This document shows positions 40,542 to 50,740 of a DNA stretch of 64,000 bases, piece after piece. The position numbers and the translations under genes were made by a program. This DNA comes from Acidobacteriota bacterium (GTDB lineage: Bacteria > Acidobacteriota > UBA890 > WLXD01): assembly GCA_963666215.2 (NCBI GenBank), contig CAXWPL010000002.1, forward strand, positions 512,001 through 576,000, in the 5' to 3' direction. Under the pieces are notes generated by a model. That model saw only the letters and a list, made by a program, of their open reading frames with translations, was not told the origin of the DNA and made no database searches. Position 1 is the stretch's first letter; every line of letters begins with the position of its first letter.

Positions 40542-42086
40542 ATGAGTGGCTCGACAAACCAGCGATCTGGGGAGGGGAGACGATCTGGACGGCCTGATCA
40601 GGCCCAGCGGCCGCGCGTCGACGACCTGAGCACTGTCTCGAGCGCCGCCGAGGCGTTTCTCGCGCAGTTGCCACCACCCCTGCGAGAGATCGCGACCGCG
40701 GCCGGTGACATCGCCGCCGAGCGCGGTGAGCGCGCCTACATGGTGGGTGGGGTGGTTCGCGATCTCGCGCTTGGTCGAGCTTCTCACGATCTCGACATCG
40801 TGGTTGTTGGCGACGGCCTGGCGCTGGCACAAGCGCTGTCGCGCTCCCGCGGCGGTACGCTGACTCGCTTCCACACGTTCGGGAGCGCGCGGGTGGAGCT
40901 CCCGGAACTGGTCGATCTGGAGTGGGCCGGTCCGCATTCTGAGCCGCGCGGCCCGCATTGCCCAGAGGGGCTGCGTCGAGGCCTCTCGATCCCTGAGCCG
41001 CATGTCGACATTGCCACTGCCCGCCGAGAGGTGTACGCCCGCCCCGGTCAGCTGCCGCAGGTCGAGGCCGGCAGCCTGGAGGAGGATCTGGAGCGCCGCG
41101 ACTTCACCATCAACGCCATCGCTTTGGAGCTCGCGGGCGCCGGCGCGAGTGAGTCACGGCTCGTGGATCCGCTTGGCGGAATCGACGATCTGCGCCGCGG
41201 GTTGGTGCGGATCATGCACTCGCGCTCGTTCGCCGACGATCCCACGCGCCTCCTGCGGGCGTTGCGCTTTGCGCTGCGCTTCGGATACGAGATCGAGGAG
41301 CAGACGGCAGCGGCCATCGAGGAGGCTGCACATGGCGACTATTTGGCCACACTGAGCGGCCAGCGACTGCGGCGCGAGCTGTTGAAGCTGTTGACCGAGG
41401 CGCCCGTCGATGGGGCCCTGGCCCTGCAAGATCACAAGCTCTTGGGCGCACTCCACCCGAGCCTCACAGCCGATCGTGCTCTGCTCGAGAACCTGGCTGC
41501 GGCTGCAGAAGCAACGGGAATCAACGTGCGCGAGCGTGGGCCGTTGGTGCTGGCCGCTCTGGCCGCCGGTCTCGAACAGCAGGAGCGCTGGCGATTGGCC
41601 CGACACCTGCGGTTCGAGCGCAGGGAGCGACGGGCGTTGGTGGACGGCGGAGCCCGATTGCGGCGCGCTGTCGAGGCCTGGCTCACAGCCAGGAGCAGCA
41701 ACGATGGACCTCTGCTCAACAGCTGCTTGGAGAAGATCTTCGGCCAAGTGAAGGGCGCCACGTTGTTGCTGGCTCCGGCGCTCGTGGGTCGACTACAGCG
41801 GCCGATCGGACCAACCGCGAAGACCGACCCGGCGGCGCAGATGACAAGGCCCACGTCGACGACGACACAGGAGGAAATGCGCATCGACGTGCAGCGCTAC
41901 CTGACCGAGCTGCGAGAGCTGCGTCTGGATATCGGCGGCGACGACCTGCTCGAGATGGGCTGCTCGCCGGGCCCCGCGGTAGGCCGCGTACTGGAGCGGC
42001 TACGGTTCTCCATGCTCGATGGCGAGGCGACTTCCGCCGCGGAGCAGCGCCGACTCGCGCGGCAGCTCATCGACGAGAAGCGATGA
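40542..42086 (+). CDS. cca: tRNA nucleotidyltransferase (CCA-/A-adding), class II
   Basis: VGGVVRD, DLD, RRDFTINA, DDPTRLLRALRF. Confidence 0.88.
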   Translation: MSGSTNQRSGEGRRSGRPDQAQRPRVDDLSTVSSAAEAFLAQLPPPLREIATAAGDIAAERGERAYMVGGVVRDLALGRASHDLDIVVVGDGLALAQALSRSRGGTLTRFHTFGSARVELPELVDLEWAGPHSEPRGPHCPEGLRRGLSIPEPHVDIATARREVYARPGQLPQVEAGSLEEDLERRDFTINAIALELAGAGASESRLVDPLGGIDDLRRGLVRIMHSRSFADDPTRLLRALRFALRFGYEIEEQTAAAIEEAAHGDYLATLSGQRLRRELLKLLTEAPVDGALALQDHKLLGALHPSLTADRALLENLAAAAEATGINVRERGPLVLAALAAGLEQQERWRLARHLRFERRERRALVDGGARLRRAVEAWLTARSSNDGPLLNSCLEKIFGQVKGATLLLAPALVGRLQRPIGPTAKTDPAAQMTRPTSTTTQEEMRIDVQRYLTELRELRLDIGGDDLLEMGCSPGPAVGRVLERLRFSMLDGEATSAAEQRRLARQLIDEKR

Positions 42087-42111
42087 CGCCCGACCGCGTT
42101 CGTTGGCCAAA

Positions 42112-42140
42112 TTGACCCCCTCCAGACCCCATGTTAGCGT
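42112..42140 (+). promoter_or_regulatory. Sigma70 promoter for metK
   Basis: TTGACC-17 nt-TAGCGT with extended TG at 42132-42133. Confidence 0.65.
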
Positions 42141-42153
42141 CGTTTCGACTTGT

Positions 42154-42226
42154 GCGAGCAGGACCAGTGAAAGCGGTTCCCAGGAGACAACCGGTCCTTG
42201 GAAACGCTCGCTGATGACAGCCTAAC
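42154..42226 (+). ncRNA. Candidate structured cis-regulatory RNA in the metK leader (class unidentified)
   Basis: Nested helices GCGAGC/GCTCGC, AGGACC/GGTCCT, GGTT/AACC with purine-rich bulges. Confidence 0.4.
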
Positions 42227-42349
42227 TTCGATTCTTCGCAGTGGGCGCCAACATGGCCCAAGGATCGGGCCCGACCCTTCTTCGCGGCGCTCAGGGCGCG
42301 CCAACAACCGCGCGACGGCGCTCGAGACCGGCCGCGGCGGAGGCCTCCG

Positions 42350-43543
42350 ATGCCGAACGCGCGACGCTATCTATTGACCTCGGAGTCCGTTACCGAGGGC
42401 CACCCCGACAAGATCGCCGACCAGATCTCCGACGCGGTGCTCGACGCGATCATGGCCGAAGATCCGGCCGGTCGAGTTGCCTGCGAGACGATGGTGACGA
42501 CAGGACTGGCGGTCGTGGCCGGTGAGATCTCGACGACCGCCTACGTCGACATTCCGCAACTGGTGCGCGAGACCATCCGTAGAATCGGCTACACGCGCGC
42601 CAAGTTCGGCTTCGACTGCGACACCTGCGCGGTGCTCACCAGCATCGACGAGCAGTCTGGGGACATTGCCATGGGAGTCGACCCGGGCGGCGCCGGTGAC
42701 CAGGGGCTGATGTTCGGCTACGCCACCGCGGAAACACCGGAGCTCATGCCGATGCCCATCAAGCTGGCGCACCAGCTGTGCTGGCAGCTCGCACAGACTC
42801 GCAAGCAGGGCGTCGTCGACTATTTACGACCCGATGGCAAGTCGCAGGTGACGGTTCAGTACGAAGGCACGGTGCCTGTGCGCGTCGACACTGTCGTCAT
42901 CAGCACCCAGCACGGCGACAAGGCTGACAACGAGACGATTCGCCGTGACATCATCGAGCACGTCATTGCTCCCGTGATTCCCAGCGAGCTGCTCGACGCC
43001 AACACGATCTACCACATCAACCCGACCGGACGCTTTGTAACGGGTGGCCCACAGGGAGACTGCGGCCTCACCGGGCGCAAGATCATCGTCGATACCTACG
43101 GCGGCATTGGACGCCACGGCGGCGGCGCGTTCTCGGGGAAGGATTGCACCAAGGTGGATCGAACGGCTTCGTACATGGCACGCTACGTGGTGAAGAACCT
43201 GGTCGCCGCCGGAGTGGCGGAGCGCCTCGAGCTGCAGCTTTCGTACGCCATCGGTGTCGCCGAGCCGGTGTCGATCATGGTCGACAGCTACGGCACGGGA
43301 CGGGTGGATGACGACCGCATCATCGCGGCGGTACGCGAGATCTTCCCGCTGTCGCCGATGGGTATGATCGAGCATCTGGACCTGCGCCGGCCGATCTATC
43401 TCAAGACGGCGGCGTACGGCCACTTTGGCCGCGACGAGTTCCCTTGGGAATCGACTCGAATGGCCTCGGCCGTGAGCGACTATCTGGACCTCACGGGAGC
43501 TGACCAGCCGGTCGCGGTCGGCGCTGAGACCGGTTCCAACTAG
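42350..43543 (+). CDS. metK: S-adenosylmethionine synthetase
   Basis: [37 protein letters not shown]. Confidence 0.98.
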   Translation: MPNARRYLLTSESVTEGHPDKIADQISDAVLDAIMAEDPAGRVACETMVTTGLAVVAGEISTTAYVDIPQLVRETIRRIGYTRAKFGFDCDTCAVLTSIDEQSGDIAMGVDPGGAGDQGLMFGYATAETPELMPMPIKLAHQLCWQLAQTRKQGVVDYLRPDGKSQVTVQYEGTVPVRVDTVVISTQHGDKADNETIRRDIIEHVIAPVIPSELLDANTIYHINPTGRFVTGGPQGDCGLTGRKIIVDTYGGIGRHGGGAFSGKDCTKVDRTASYMARYVVKNLVAAGVAERLELQLSYAIGVAEPVSIMVDSYGTGRVDDDRIIAAVREIFPLSPMGMIEHLDLRRPIYLKTAAYGHFGRDEFPWESTRMASAVSDYLDLTGADQPVAVGAETGSN

Positions 43544-43610
43544 TACGCAACTGCGCAGGGTCTGCTGCGTTCGTAGGCCGAGGCCGGCTATGTTCGCGGG
43601 CTAGGGCCGG

Positions 43611-46007
43611 TTACGTCCGCAGGCTGCTCGCCGCATAACCAGCGAAGCACGCGAACATCAAATGCGGAGCCCAGGCTGCCAGTGGCGGTGGCAGCTGTCC
43701 GGCGTAGCCGACCGCGCGGAAGACGCCGAAGGCGATGTAGTACACGACCACCAGGCCGACGCCGACGCCGATGCCTGTCAGCGCGCCTTTGCGACCCATC
43801 AGGAAGGCGAAGGGGAGCGCCACTAGCGTCATCACGAAGGCGACTGCCGGGTAGGAGATCTTCATGTGGAAATCCACCAGAGCCCGGCGGGTATCGAGGC
43901 CTCGGTCGGCCAACTGCTGGACGTGGGAGCGCAGCTGCATCGCGGTCATCTGATCGGAGGAGCGTTGATCGGCGGCGAAGTAGCTGGGCTGTTCTTCGAT
44001 CGGCAGCTCGAGGAGCTGGAACTCCTCGAGCGCCGTGGACATCGATCCGTTCGGACCTCCGGTCACGAAGTAACGCCTCCAACCGTTCTCGCCAATCCAG
44101 CGCTCCCGAGTTGCGTCCCAATGTGCCCGGCCGGCGAACTCCATCCTCGGGATGGCGTTCTCGCTGTTCCCAAGGTAGTAGACACGTAGCCGCGAAAAAG
44201 TTTGTTCGACACTGTCGTACGAGTCGAAGTGGTAGATGCGGCTATCAGCGCTGAACACCCAGTTGGGCTGGCGCGCGACTGTTCGCACTTGAGACCCTCG
44301 CATCTCGCTCTCGAGTGCCTCTGCGCGCGGGTTGGTGTACGGCAACACGTAGTCTTGCAGCATGTATTGCGCGCCACTCAGCGCGATGGCCGGCACCAGG
44401 ATGGGCAGAGCCAGTCGGTAGAGGCTGATGCCGCCGGTCATCGCGGCGACCACTTCGTTGCGCATGCTCATGAGGCTGAAAACCGTGAGCACCGTGACCA
44501 CGCCGGCGATGGGGATGACGTCGAAAACAATCGACGGCAGGCGCGCCCGCAGGTAGGTGGGCACGAGCTCCGGATGCTCCACGTACGAGACCTTGTCGAG
44601 AGCCTCGAAAACAACGAACACCGCCAGCAGCCCGCAGAACGTGAGCGCGAAGAGTGTTGCGTAGCTTTGCAGAACGTACCGATCGAGCGTTCGCGGAAAC
44701 CGCTGGCGAGGACTGAGGGCTCGAGCGCGCGTCAGGCGTGGGTTGACGGAGGTCGCGTCCGTTGCCGACCGAGTGCGAAGCACCAGACGCTCGAAGCCGC
44801 TGCGCGCAGCATCCTCGGCGCGTTCCATCAGTGGGCGCAGGCGCGCGACGATTCCCCAGCGCCGTTCGGTAGCCTTGTTCCAGAGCAGAACCGCACCGAG
44901 CGTTCCGACGATGAGGTTGCCTGACCACATGCCGATCGCCGGGCCGATCACTCCTGCCTCGGCGCGCTGCTCGCCGTACTGGAAGCAGTAGTAGTAGAGG
45001 ATGATGACCCCAGTCGCCATGACATATCCGGTGGCGGTGGTTTGTCTGCCGGCGGAAACTCCCAATGGCACTGCAATCAGCGCCATCACGACACAGGCGA
45101 AAGGCAGCGCGTACTTCTTGTGGATCTCCACCCAGAGGTAGGCCGTCGGTTCGCCCATAGCGTCGCGCCGCGCGATCTCCTGGTGCAGTTCGGGACCCGT
45201 CATGCTGCGTTCGGTCTTGCCGATATCGTCGAGCAGCGAGTTTTCCTGCTCGGCCCAAAGTTGGAACTGGCGGCTCTCGAAGTGAGTCAGGGTGACCTGC
45301 CGGGGATCCTCTTGCGAATTGATCAGGACGGCATCCTCGAGCCGCAAGTACGTCGTCCGACTCTCGACATCCAGAAGCGTGCGACCGCGTGCCGCACGCA
45401 TGATCTGCGGTGGGTCGACGTCGACCTGGGCCACAAACACGCCCTTCCATTCCGGCTCGCCACCGCGATCGACGATGTCCTCGATGAAGAGCACATGATT
45501 GGGGAAAGTTTCGTTGAAGACCCGTGGGCGCACCTCATCAGCGGACGCTCGATTCGCCACCGCATCCCACTGCAGCTCGCGCATCGACGCGTTACCCCAG
45601 GGCATGGCGACGACGTAGACGTAGGCATTGAGCGCCCACAGCAACACCCCGAAGGTCATCACCGGGGGTACGAGCTGCCAGATGCTTACCCCCACCGCCC
45701 TCAATGCGATGATCTCGAAGTCGGCCGACATGCGCCCCAGCGTGATGAGCGCGCCCACGAGCACGGCCATCGGTAGCGTCAGCACGATGATGTGCGGCAG
45801 GTTGTAGATGATCGACCAGAGCAGATCGGGCAGATCAGCGCCGAACTGGATCCAAAGCTCCGAAATGCGCAACAGAATGCGCATCAAGAGCAGGAATGTG
45901 AGCACGCCGAAAGCCAATAGGGTGGGGGAGACGAGCTCGCGGATGACGTAGCGCCACAGCGTGCCGCTCGCCCGTGCTCGACCGTACCCGATGGCGAAGC
46001 TGGTCAA
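43611..46007 (-). CDS. Fused LPS export ABC permease LptF-LptG
   Basis: Two tandem YjgP/YjgQ halves (LWRYVIRE..., LDRYVL...); TTG start overlaps the upstream stop (TTGA). Confidence 0.9.
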   Translation of the reverse strand: MTSFAIGYGRARASGTLWRYVIRELVSPTLLAFGVLTFLLLMRILLRISELWIQFGADLPDLLWSIIYNLPHIIVLTLPMAVLVGALITLGRMSADFEIIALRAVGVSIWQLVPPVMTFGVLLWALNAYVYVVAMPWGNASMRELQWDAVANRASADEVRPRVFNETFPNHVLFIEDIVDRGGEPEWKGVFVAQVDVDPPQIMRAARGRTLLDVESRTTYLRLEDAVLINSQEDPRQVTLTHFESRQFQLWAEQENSLLDDIGKTERSMTGPELHQEIARRDAMGEPTAYLWVEIHKKYALPFACVVMALIAVPLGVSAGRQTTATGYVMATGVIILYYYCFQYGEQRAEAGVIGPAIGMWSGNLIVGTLGAVLLWNKATERRWGIVARLRPLMERAEDAARSGFERLVLRTRSATDATSVNPRLTRARALSPRQRFPRTLDRYVLQSYATLFALTFCGLLAVFVVFEALDKVSYVEHPELVPTYLRARLPSIVFDVIPIAGVVTVLTVFSLMSMRNEVVAAMTGGISLYRLALPILVPAIALSGAQYMLQDYVLPYTNPRAEALESEMRGSQVRTVARQPNWVFSADSRIYHFDSYDSVEQTFSRLRVYYLGNSENAIPRMEFAGRAHWDATRERWIGENGWRRYFVTGGPNGSMSTALEEFQLLELPIEEQPSYFAADQRSSDQMTAMQLRSHVQQLADRGLDTRRALVDFHMKISYPAVAFVMTLVALPFAFLMGRKGALTGIGVGVGLVVVYYIAFGVFRAVGYAGQLPPPLAAWAPHLMFACFAGYAASSLRT

Positions 46008-46756
46008 CGCGCCGTCTCGTAGTAGCGCGCCAACCGATCGGGGTGCATCCCGCCGTAGTAGAGCATGCGTAGCAGCCACATCCGAACGATCGTACGAACC
46101 ACACCTGCCGACTCCCAGCGCCGCGCCGAAGTGACGACATAAGCGTGCAGCGCGGCGACCTCGCCGGCGCCCTTGAGCCGCCTGCTGAGATCGAGGTCCT
46201 CGAACAGGAGCTGCTCGGCGTACCCTCCGAGCTGTTCGAATGCTCTGCGTGTCACGAAGATCCCCTGGTCACCGCTGGCCACACCTGTGAGACGGCTGCG
46301 GAGGCTAATCAGACGACCCGCCAGTCGTAGCAGGCGGCGGTCAGAGTCCAGTCGTAGGCGGAAGTAGCCGCCCACGGCCCCTGCCGAGATCGCCTTGCGC
46401 AACTGCTGCAGGCCATCGGCCTGCAGCGCTGTGTCGGCATGTAGGAAGAGCAAGATCTCGCCGTAACTGGCCCGTGCTCCTGCATTCATCTGTTTGGCGC
46501 GTCCGCGCTCGGCGCCGAACCAACTCATGCGACTCGTCGACGGGCCAACGGCTGAGGCCGTGGAGTGGATCTGGATCTGGATCTGGCCCGTGCGCTCGAG
46601 CTTGCCGAGAAGCTGGCGGGTGCCGTCGTCGCTGCCTCCGTCGACAACAACCACATCAACGTCGGGATCTTGATCCACAATTCTTGCCAGCAGCGTCAGA
46701 TACGGCTCGAGTGTGGCGCTCTCGCGGTAGACGGGAACGACGATGCTGATTTGCAC
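46004..46756 (-). CDS. GT2 glycosyltransferase, TIGR04283-like
   Basis: ISIVVPVYRE, VDGGSDD, GRAKQMNAGA, FLHADT, GDQGIF, TSARRW, LARYY. Confidence 0.88.
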   Translation of the reverse strand: MQISIVVPVYRESATLEPYLTLLARIVDQDPDVDVVVVDGGSDDGTRQLLGKLERTGQIQIQIHSTASAVGPSTSRMSWFGAERGRAKQMNAGARASYGEILLFLHADTALQADGLQQLRKAISAGAVGGYFRLRLDSDRRLLRLAGRLISLRSRLTGVASGDQGIFVTRRAFEQLGGYAEQLLFEDLDLSRRLKGAGEVAALHAYVVTSARRWESAGVVRTIVRMWLLRMLYYGGMHPDRLARYYETAR

Positions 46757-47021
46757 CGGGGCAGAATCCGTTGGCAGTTGGATCGCTGATGATGACGCCG
46801 AGATCGAGGGGCCGCCCCCCTAGGTTGTTCGACCGCGACCAGACGCGGCTCTGCGGTGGTGGTCGCGACAGGGGCTCGGCGCCGAAAAATGTCGTCTCCG
46901 CATTCAGTGTAACGCAGCCGCGGTCGGCGTCCGTTCGCGGTCATGAGGTGCCTGGCCGCGTTCCGGCGCCACCGGTCGATGTACGAAACGAACGCCTGGT
47001 GGGCGGGTTACCATCCAGCAC

Positions 47022-47924
47022 ATGCTCAAGGTTGTCGTTCTGGGCAGCGGGGCATCGGTGCCGTTGCTGCACCGGCGCTCTCCAGCGGTTGGCGTGCAGA
47101 TTGAGGGCGACACCTATCTGTTCGACTGCGGCGAGGGCACCCAGTTGCAATGGCGCCGTGCACGTTTGCGCTTCGGACGCCTGCGCGCCATCTGCATCAC
47201 CCATCTGCACGGCGACCACGTCAACGGCCTCGTAGGGCTGCTACAGACTCTCTCGCTCGGTGACCGCCAGGCGCCGCTGTCCGTGTATGGTCCGCCAGGG
47301 TTGCGGGCCTATCTGGGAGCGATAGGCGAGGTGCAGGGCGTCCGCTTCGGGTATCGACTGACGGTCGTGGAGTCTGAGGGCGGACGATTGCACGAGGGCG
47401 ACGAACATCACATCGAGTGCCGCTCGCTCGATCACGGTCCGGCGACACTCGGTTACGCCCTTGTGGAATCGGATCGCCCGGGTCGCTTCGACACCGAGGA
47501 AGCGGCCCGTCTTGGCCTGCCACCGGGCCCCGCCTACGGTCGTTTACAGCGCGGCGAGACGGTGCCGCTCGAGTCGGGTGGCGAGGTTCGCCCCGAGCAG
47601 GTCGTGGGCCCCCCGCGCCCGGGACGCAGAGTGGCCTACTGCGTTGACACTCGCCCGTGCGATGCGGCCGTGGAGCTGGCTGCGGCCGCGAGCCTGTTCA
47701 TTTGCGACTCGACCTTCGGCAGTGACCTCGAGAAGGAAGCTGGCGCCCGCGGACACAGCACCGCCGCTCAGGCTGCCGCCATGGCTCGCGACGCCGGGGC
47801 CCAACGACTTCTTCTCACCCACATCTCAGCGCGCTACTACGACAGTCGTCCGCTCCTCGACGAGGCCCGGGCGATCTTCTCCGCGACCGACATCGCGTCC
47901 GACCTATTGGAGATGGAGCTTTGA
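47022..47924 (+). CDS. rnz: Ribonuclease Z
   Basis: FDCGEGTQ, THLHGDH, GP-rich exosite (PPGPAYGRLQRG), HST, THISARY. Confidence 0.95.
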   Translation: MLKVVVLGSGASVPLLHRRSPAVGVQIEGDTYLFDCGEGTQLQWRRARLRFGRLRAICITHLHGDHVNGLVGLLQTLSLGDRQAPLSVYGPPGLRAYLGAIGEVQGVRFGYRLTVVESEGGRLHEGDEHHIECRSLDHGPATLGYALVESDRPGRFDTEEAARLGLPPGPAYGRLQRGETVPLESGGEVRPEQVVGPPRPGRRVAYCVDTRPCDAAVELAAAASLFICDSTFGSDLEKEAGARGHSTAAQAAAMARDAGAQRLLLTHISARYYDSRPLLDEARAIFSATDIASDLLEMEL

Positions 47925-48490
47925 GCGACAACGATTCGAGTCTTCCGGTGGTCGCCGGAAGCGGCACGGCCGACGCAACCGCCGCGGGCCGAGCAAGCGG
48001 GGAGCCCGGCGCGGCCGACGAGCGACCCTCTCGACGCATGCGCGACGCACGGGTGCAGATGACCGAGATCGTCATGCCCAACGACACCAATCCGCACGGC
48101 ACCCTGAGCGGCGGGCGCGTGATGCAGCTGGTTGACATTGCCGCAGCCGTCGCGGCGGTCAGGCACGCACGACGAGGCGTGGTGACAGCGGCCTTTGACG
48201 AGGTCATTTTCCTGGCGCCCGTTCCGCTCGGTCACATCATTATGCTGGACGCCCAGGTCACCTGCGTGGGGCGTACTTCGATGGAGGTGAAGGTGATCGT
48301 GCGCGGCGAAAACCCCCTCACCGGAGAGTGCCGGCGTACGACAACCGCCTACGTGACATTCGTTGGCCTCGACGACGCCGGACGTCCGACCATGGTGCCA
48401 GCCCTGGTCGCGGATTCACCCGAGGAACAAGCGATGATGGATCGTGCCAACGCGCGTCGCTCCGAGCGCCTGGCACGAGCGCACGAGTAG
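47921..48490 (+). CDS. Acyl-CoA thioesterase, hotdog fold (YciA-like)
   Basis: VMPNDTNPHGTLSGG, VVTA, VGRTSMEV. Confidence 0.92.
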   Translation: MSDNDSSLPVVAGSGTADATAAGRASGEPGAADERPSRRMRDARVQMTEIVMPNDTNPHGTLSGGRVMQLVDIAAAVAAVRHARRGVVTAAFDEVIFLAPVPLGHIIMLDAQVTCVGRTSMEVKVIVRGENPLTGECRRTTTAYVTFVGLDDAGRPTMVPALVADSPEEQAMMDRANARRSERLARAHE

Positions 48491-48512
48491 CAACGAGCCA
48501 GGGAGTGCGTTC

Positions 48513-49289
48513 TCAGCCGGCGGCTGCCGCCTCCGCGGCTTCCAGTGCGGCCGCGACAGGGTTGATCACCACGACCTGAAGGCGATCCGACAGCGCTTCC
48601 GCGACGTCAAGGAAGCCCATGGTCATGCAACCGAGCACTAGCGCTTCGGCGCCGGCATCAACAGCGCCGCGCCCGGCCAGCTCCAGCCGGCCCATGACTT
48701 CGTCGCGTCGGGCGCGCAGCTCGAGCACGGGAACATCGACCGAGAGCACCTCGACGAGCTGATCTTCGAGGCCGTAGCCGCGGATCAGATCGGTGAGCAA
48801 CGGACACACGCGCTCGTCGATGGTCAGCACGCCGAATCGACGAGCCTCTGAGCTGGCGCTATCACTCTCGTCAACGTGGCTAGGCGCGTCATTGGACTCA
48901 CGACGCGTCATCTCTCTTGACAAGGGCGGAGTGTTCCCGGCGCTGGCGACGCGGGCCGCCGCCGCACACGCCGCAGCTGCCGGTCCGATAACCGGGATAG
49001 CACAACGATCCTGCGCCTGCCTCACACCCGGATCGCCGAAACAGCCCACGATGACGGCGTCGAAACCACGCGCGTCAAGGTCGGGGACCGCCTCGAGAAC
49101 CGTCGGCACCGCGGCAGCCTCGTCCTCGGGCGACTCAATGGACGGCGGTCCGTCAGGTGACTCATGTACCTCCACGCGAGTCGTGGCGGCGGTGCGAGCC
49201 TGCAGGTAGGCCTGCCGGCGAAGCAGTTCTTGTTGTCCCAACGGCCCGCGTGAGAGGGCGCCCGGAATGAAGTAGCACACGGCGGTCAC
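48513..49289 (-). CDS. Asp/Glu/hydantoin racemase family protein
   Basis: GPPSIES, GCFGDPG and LGCMTM (two catalytic Cys), VINP. Confidence 0.88.
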   Translation of the reverse strand: MTAVCYFIPGALSRGPLGQQELLRRQAYLQARTAATTRVEVHESPDGPPSIESPEDEAAAVPTVLEAVPDLDARGFDAVIVGCFGDPGVRQAQDRCAIPVIGPAAAACAAAARVASAGNTPPLSREMTRRESNDAPSHVDESDSASSEARRFGVLTIDERVCPLLTDLIRGYGLEDQLVEVLSVDVPVLELRARRDEVMGRLELAGRGAVDAGAEALVLGCMTMGFLDVAEALSDRLQVVVINPVAAALEAAEAAAAG

Positions 49290-50740
49290 GGCGTACTCCC
49301 GATGGCTCGGATCGGCTCTTCGAAGAACGGCTTCAGGGCGCTCTGTGGCACCGGACGCGAGACCAGGCTGATGCCGACGTAAAGAACGAAGCTAGTCACG
49401 ATTCCGGGAAAGATCGGGTCGATTCCCAGGAGTGGCTCTGCGAAACCGAAACGCAGCACTAGAAATCCCACAAACCCGCCCACCATCGAGGTCATCGCCG
49501 CCGAGGTCGTGCCGCGGCGCCAGTTGAGGCCGAGCACCACCGGTACGAAGAAGAAGCAGGCGATCAGCTTGGCGTAGTCGACCACGATCTCTTGCACCAG
49601 GCCGAGGTCCATGAAGGTGAACAGCAACGGAATTGTGCCCAGAATCAGCACGCTGCGTCGGTTGACGGCCAGCTTGCGCGATTCGCTGGCGTCAGGGCGA
49701 AAGATCTTGCCGTACAGATCGTGTGAGACGCTGGCGGCACACACGATCATGACCGAGTCGCAGGTGCTCATGATTGCCGACAACGCTCCCACCAGCAGCA
49801 GAGAGCCTGCGAGCGGCGCGAGAACGTAGAGGGCCAGAGCGCTGCTGGCAAGGTCGGCGCTCGGCAGAGCCGGAAACAGCGCTCGCATCCCGAGCCCGGT
49901 AATCAGTACCGCGGACGCCATCAGCGCCTGGAACACGTAGGAAATTCCGATCGCCAGGCGCACGGTTTTGACGTCTCGCATGGCATAGAAGCGGGCGATC
50001 TGGTACGGCGCTACGGCCATCGACAGGGCGAACGCCAGGCTGAACGCAACAATCTCGGAGCGCCCGAAGTACCAGCCGGTGACGCGTGGGTCGATTCCCG
50101 AGAGCAGCTCACCCATCAGAGTGAAACCGCCGGTGTGGCGCAACAGCAGCGGGATCGCTACGCAGAAGGCGCACACCATCACTCCGGCCTGCAGGAAATC
50201 GGTGTACACGCTGCTGCGCATCCCTCCCATCCACGTGTACAGCAGGGTGATCAGCGCAACGGCCAACACGCCGCTGGTGAATGGCCAGCCGAAGATCGCT
50301 TCGAAGATGATGCCGCCGGCACGGTACTGGGCCGAGAGGAAGAACATATAGGCGAGCGCGATGAGAACCGCGGACAGCACCCGAGCGCGCTCAGAGGCGT
50401 AGCGCGTGGCGATGAAGTCGGGCACGGTGACGCCGCCGAATGCGCGCAGCTTTGGAGCAATCCACAGCGCCGACACGAGCCAGCCCGTCCACACTCCCGG
50501 CCAGATCCAGGCCCACGAGACTCCGGCCAAATAGTGATATCCGACGGTCCCGACCACGGTGCCGGAAGACAGCTGGGTGGCCGCCAGAGTGGCGCCACCG
50601 ACCCACGGGCCTATCGAGCGACCGGCAACGAGAAAGTCAGCCTCGGAGCGTGTGCGGCGGTAGGCCCAGAGCGCGACGCCGAACACCGCCACGAGATAGG
50701 TCGCCACGACCGTGCCGAATACGACGCCGTCAGCGGTCAT
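49286..50740 (-). CDS. Sodium:solute symporter (SSS) family protein
   Basis: DFLVAGRS, TVPDFIATRY, GGMRSSVYTD, SAIMSTCDS; about 13 TM segments. Confidence 0.93.
   Translation of the reverse strand: MTADGVVFGTVVATYLVAVFGVALWAYRRTRSEADFLVAGRSIGPWVGGATLAATQLSSGTVVGTVGYHYLAGVSWAWIWPGVWTGWLVSALWIAPKLRAFGGVTVPDFIATRYASERARVLSAVLIALAYMFFLSAQYRAGGIIFEAIFGWPFTSGVLAVALITLLYTWMGGMRSSVYTDFLQAGVMVCAFCVAIPLLLRHTGGFTLMGELLSGIDPRVTGWYFGRSEIVAFSLAFALSMAVAPYQIARFYAMRDVKTVRLAIGISYVFQALMASAVLITGLGMRALFPALPSADLASSALALYVLAPLAGSLLLVGALSAIMSTCDSVMIVCAASVSHDLYGKIFRPDASESRKLAVNRRSVLILGTIPLLFTFMDLGLVQEIVVDYAKLIACFFFVPVVLGLNWRRGTTSAAMTSMVGGFVGFLVLRFGFAEPLLGIDPIFPGIVTSFVLYVGISLVSRPVPQSALKPFFEEPIRAIGSTP

Noticed and set aside
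42200-42226. Fluoride riboswitch or hammerhead ribozyme (AAACGC..GCTGATGAC..CCTA, CTGATGA/GAAA)
   Set aside because: The fluoride 5' GGnGATGGnGTTCnCC stem is absent and P2 cannot form; hammerhead stems I and III do not pair
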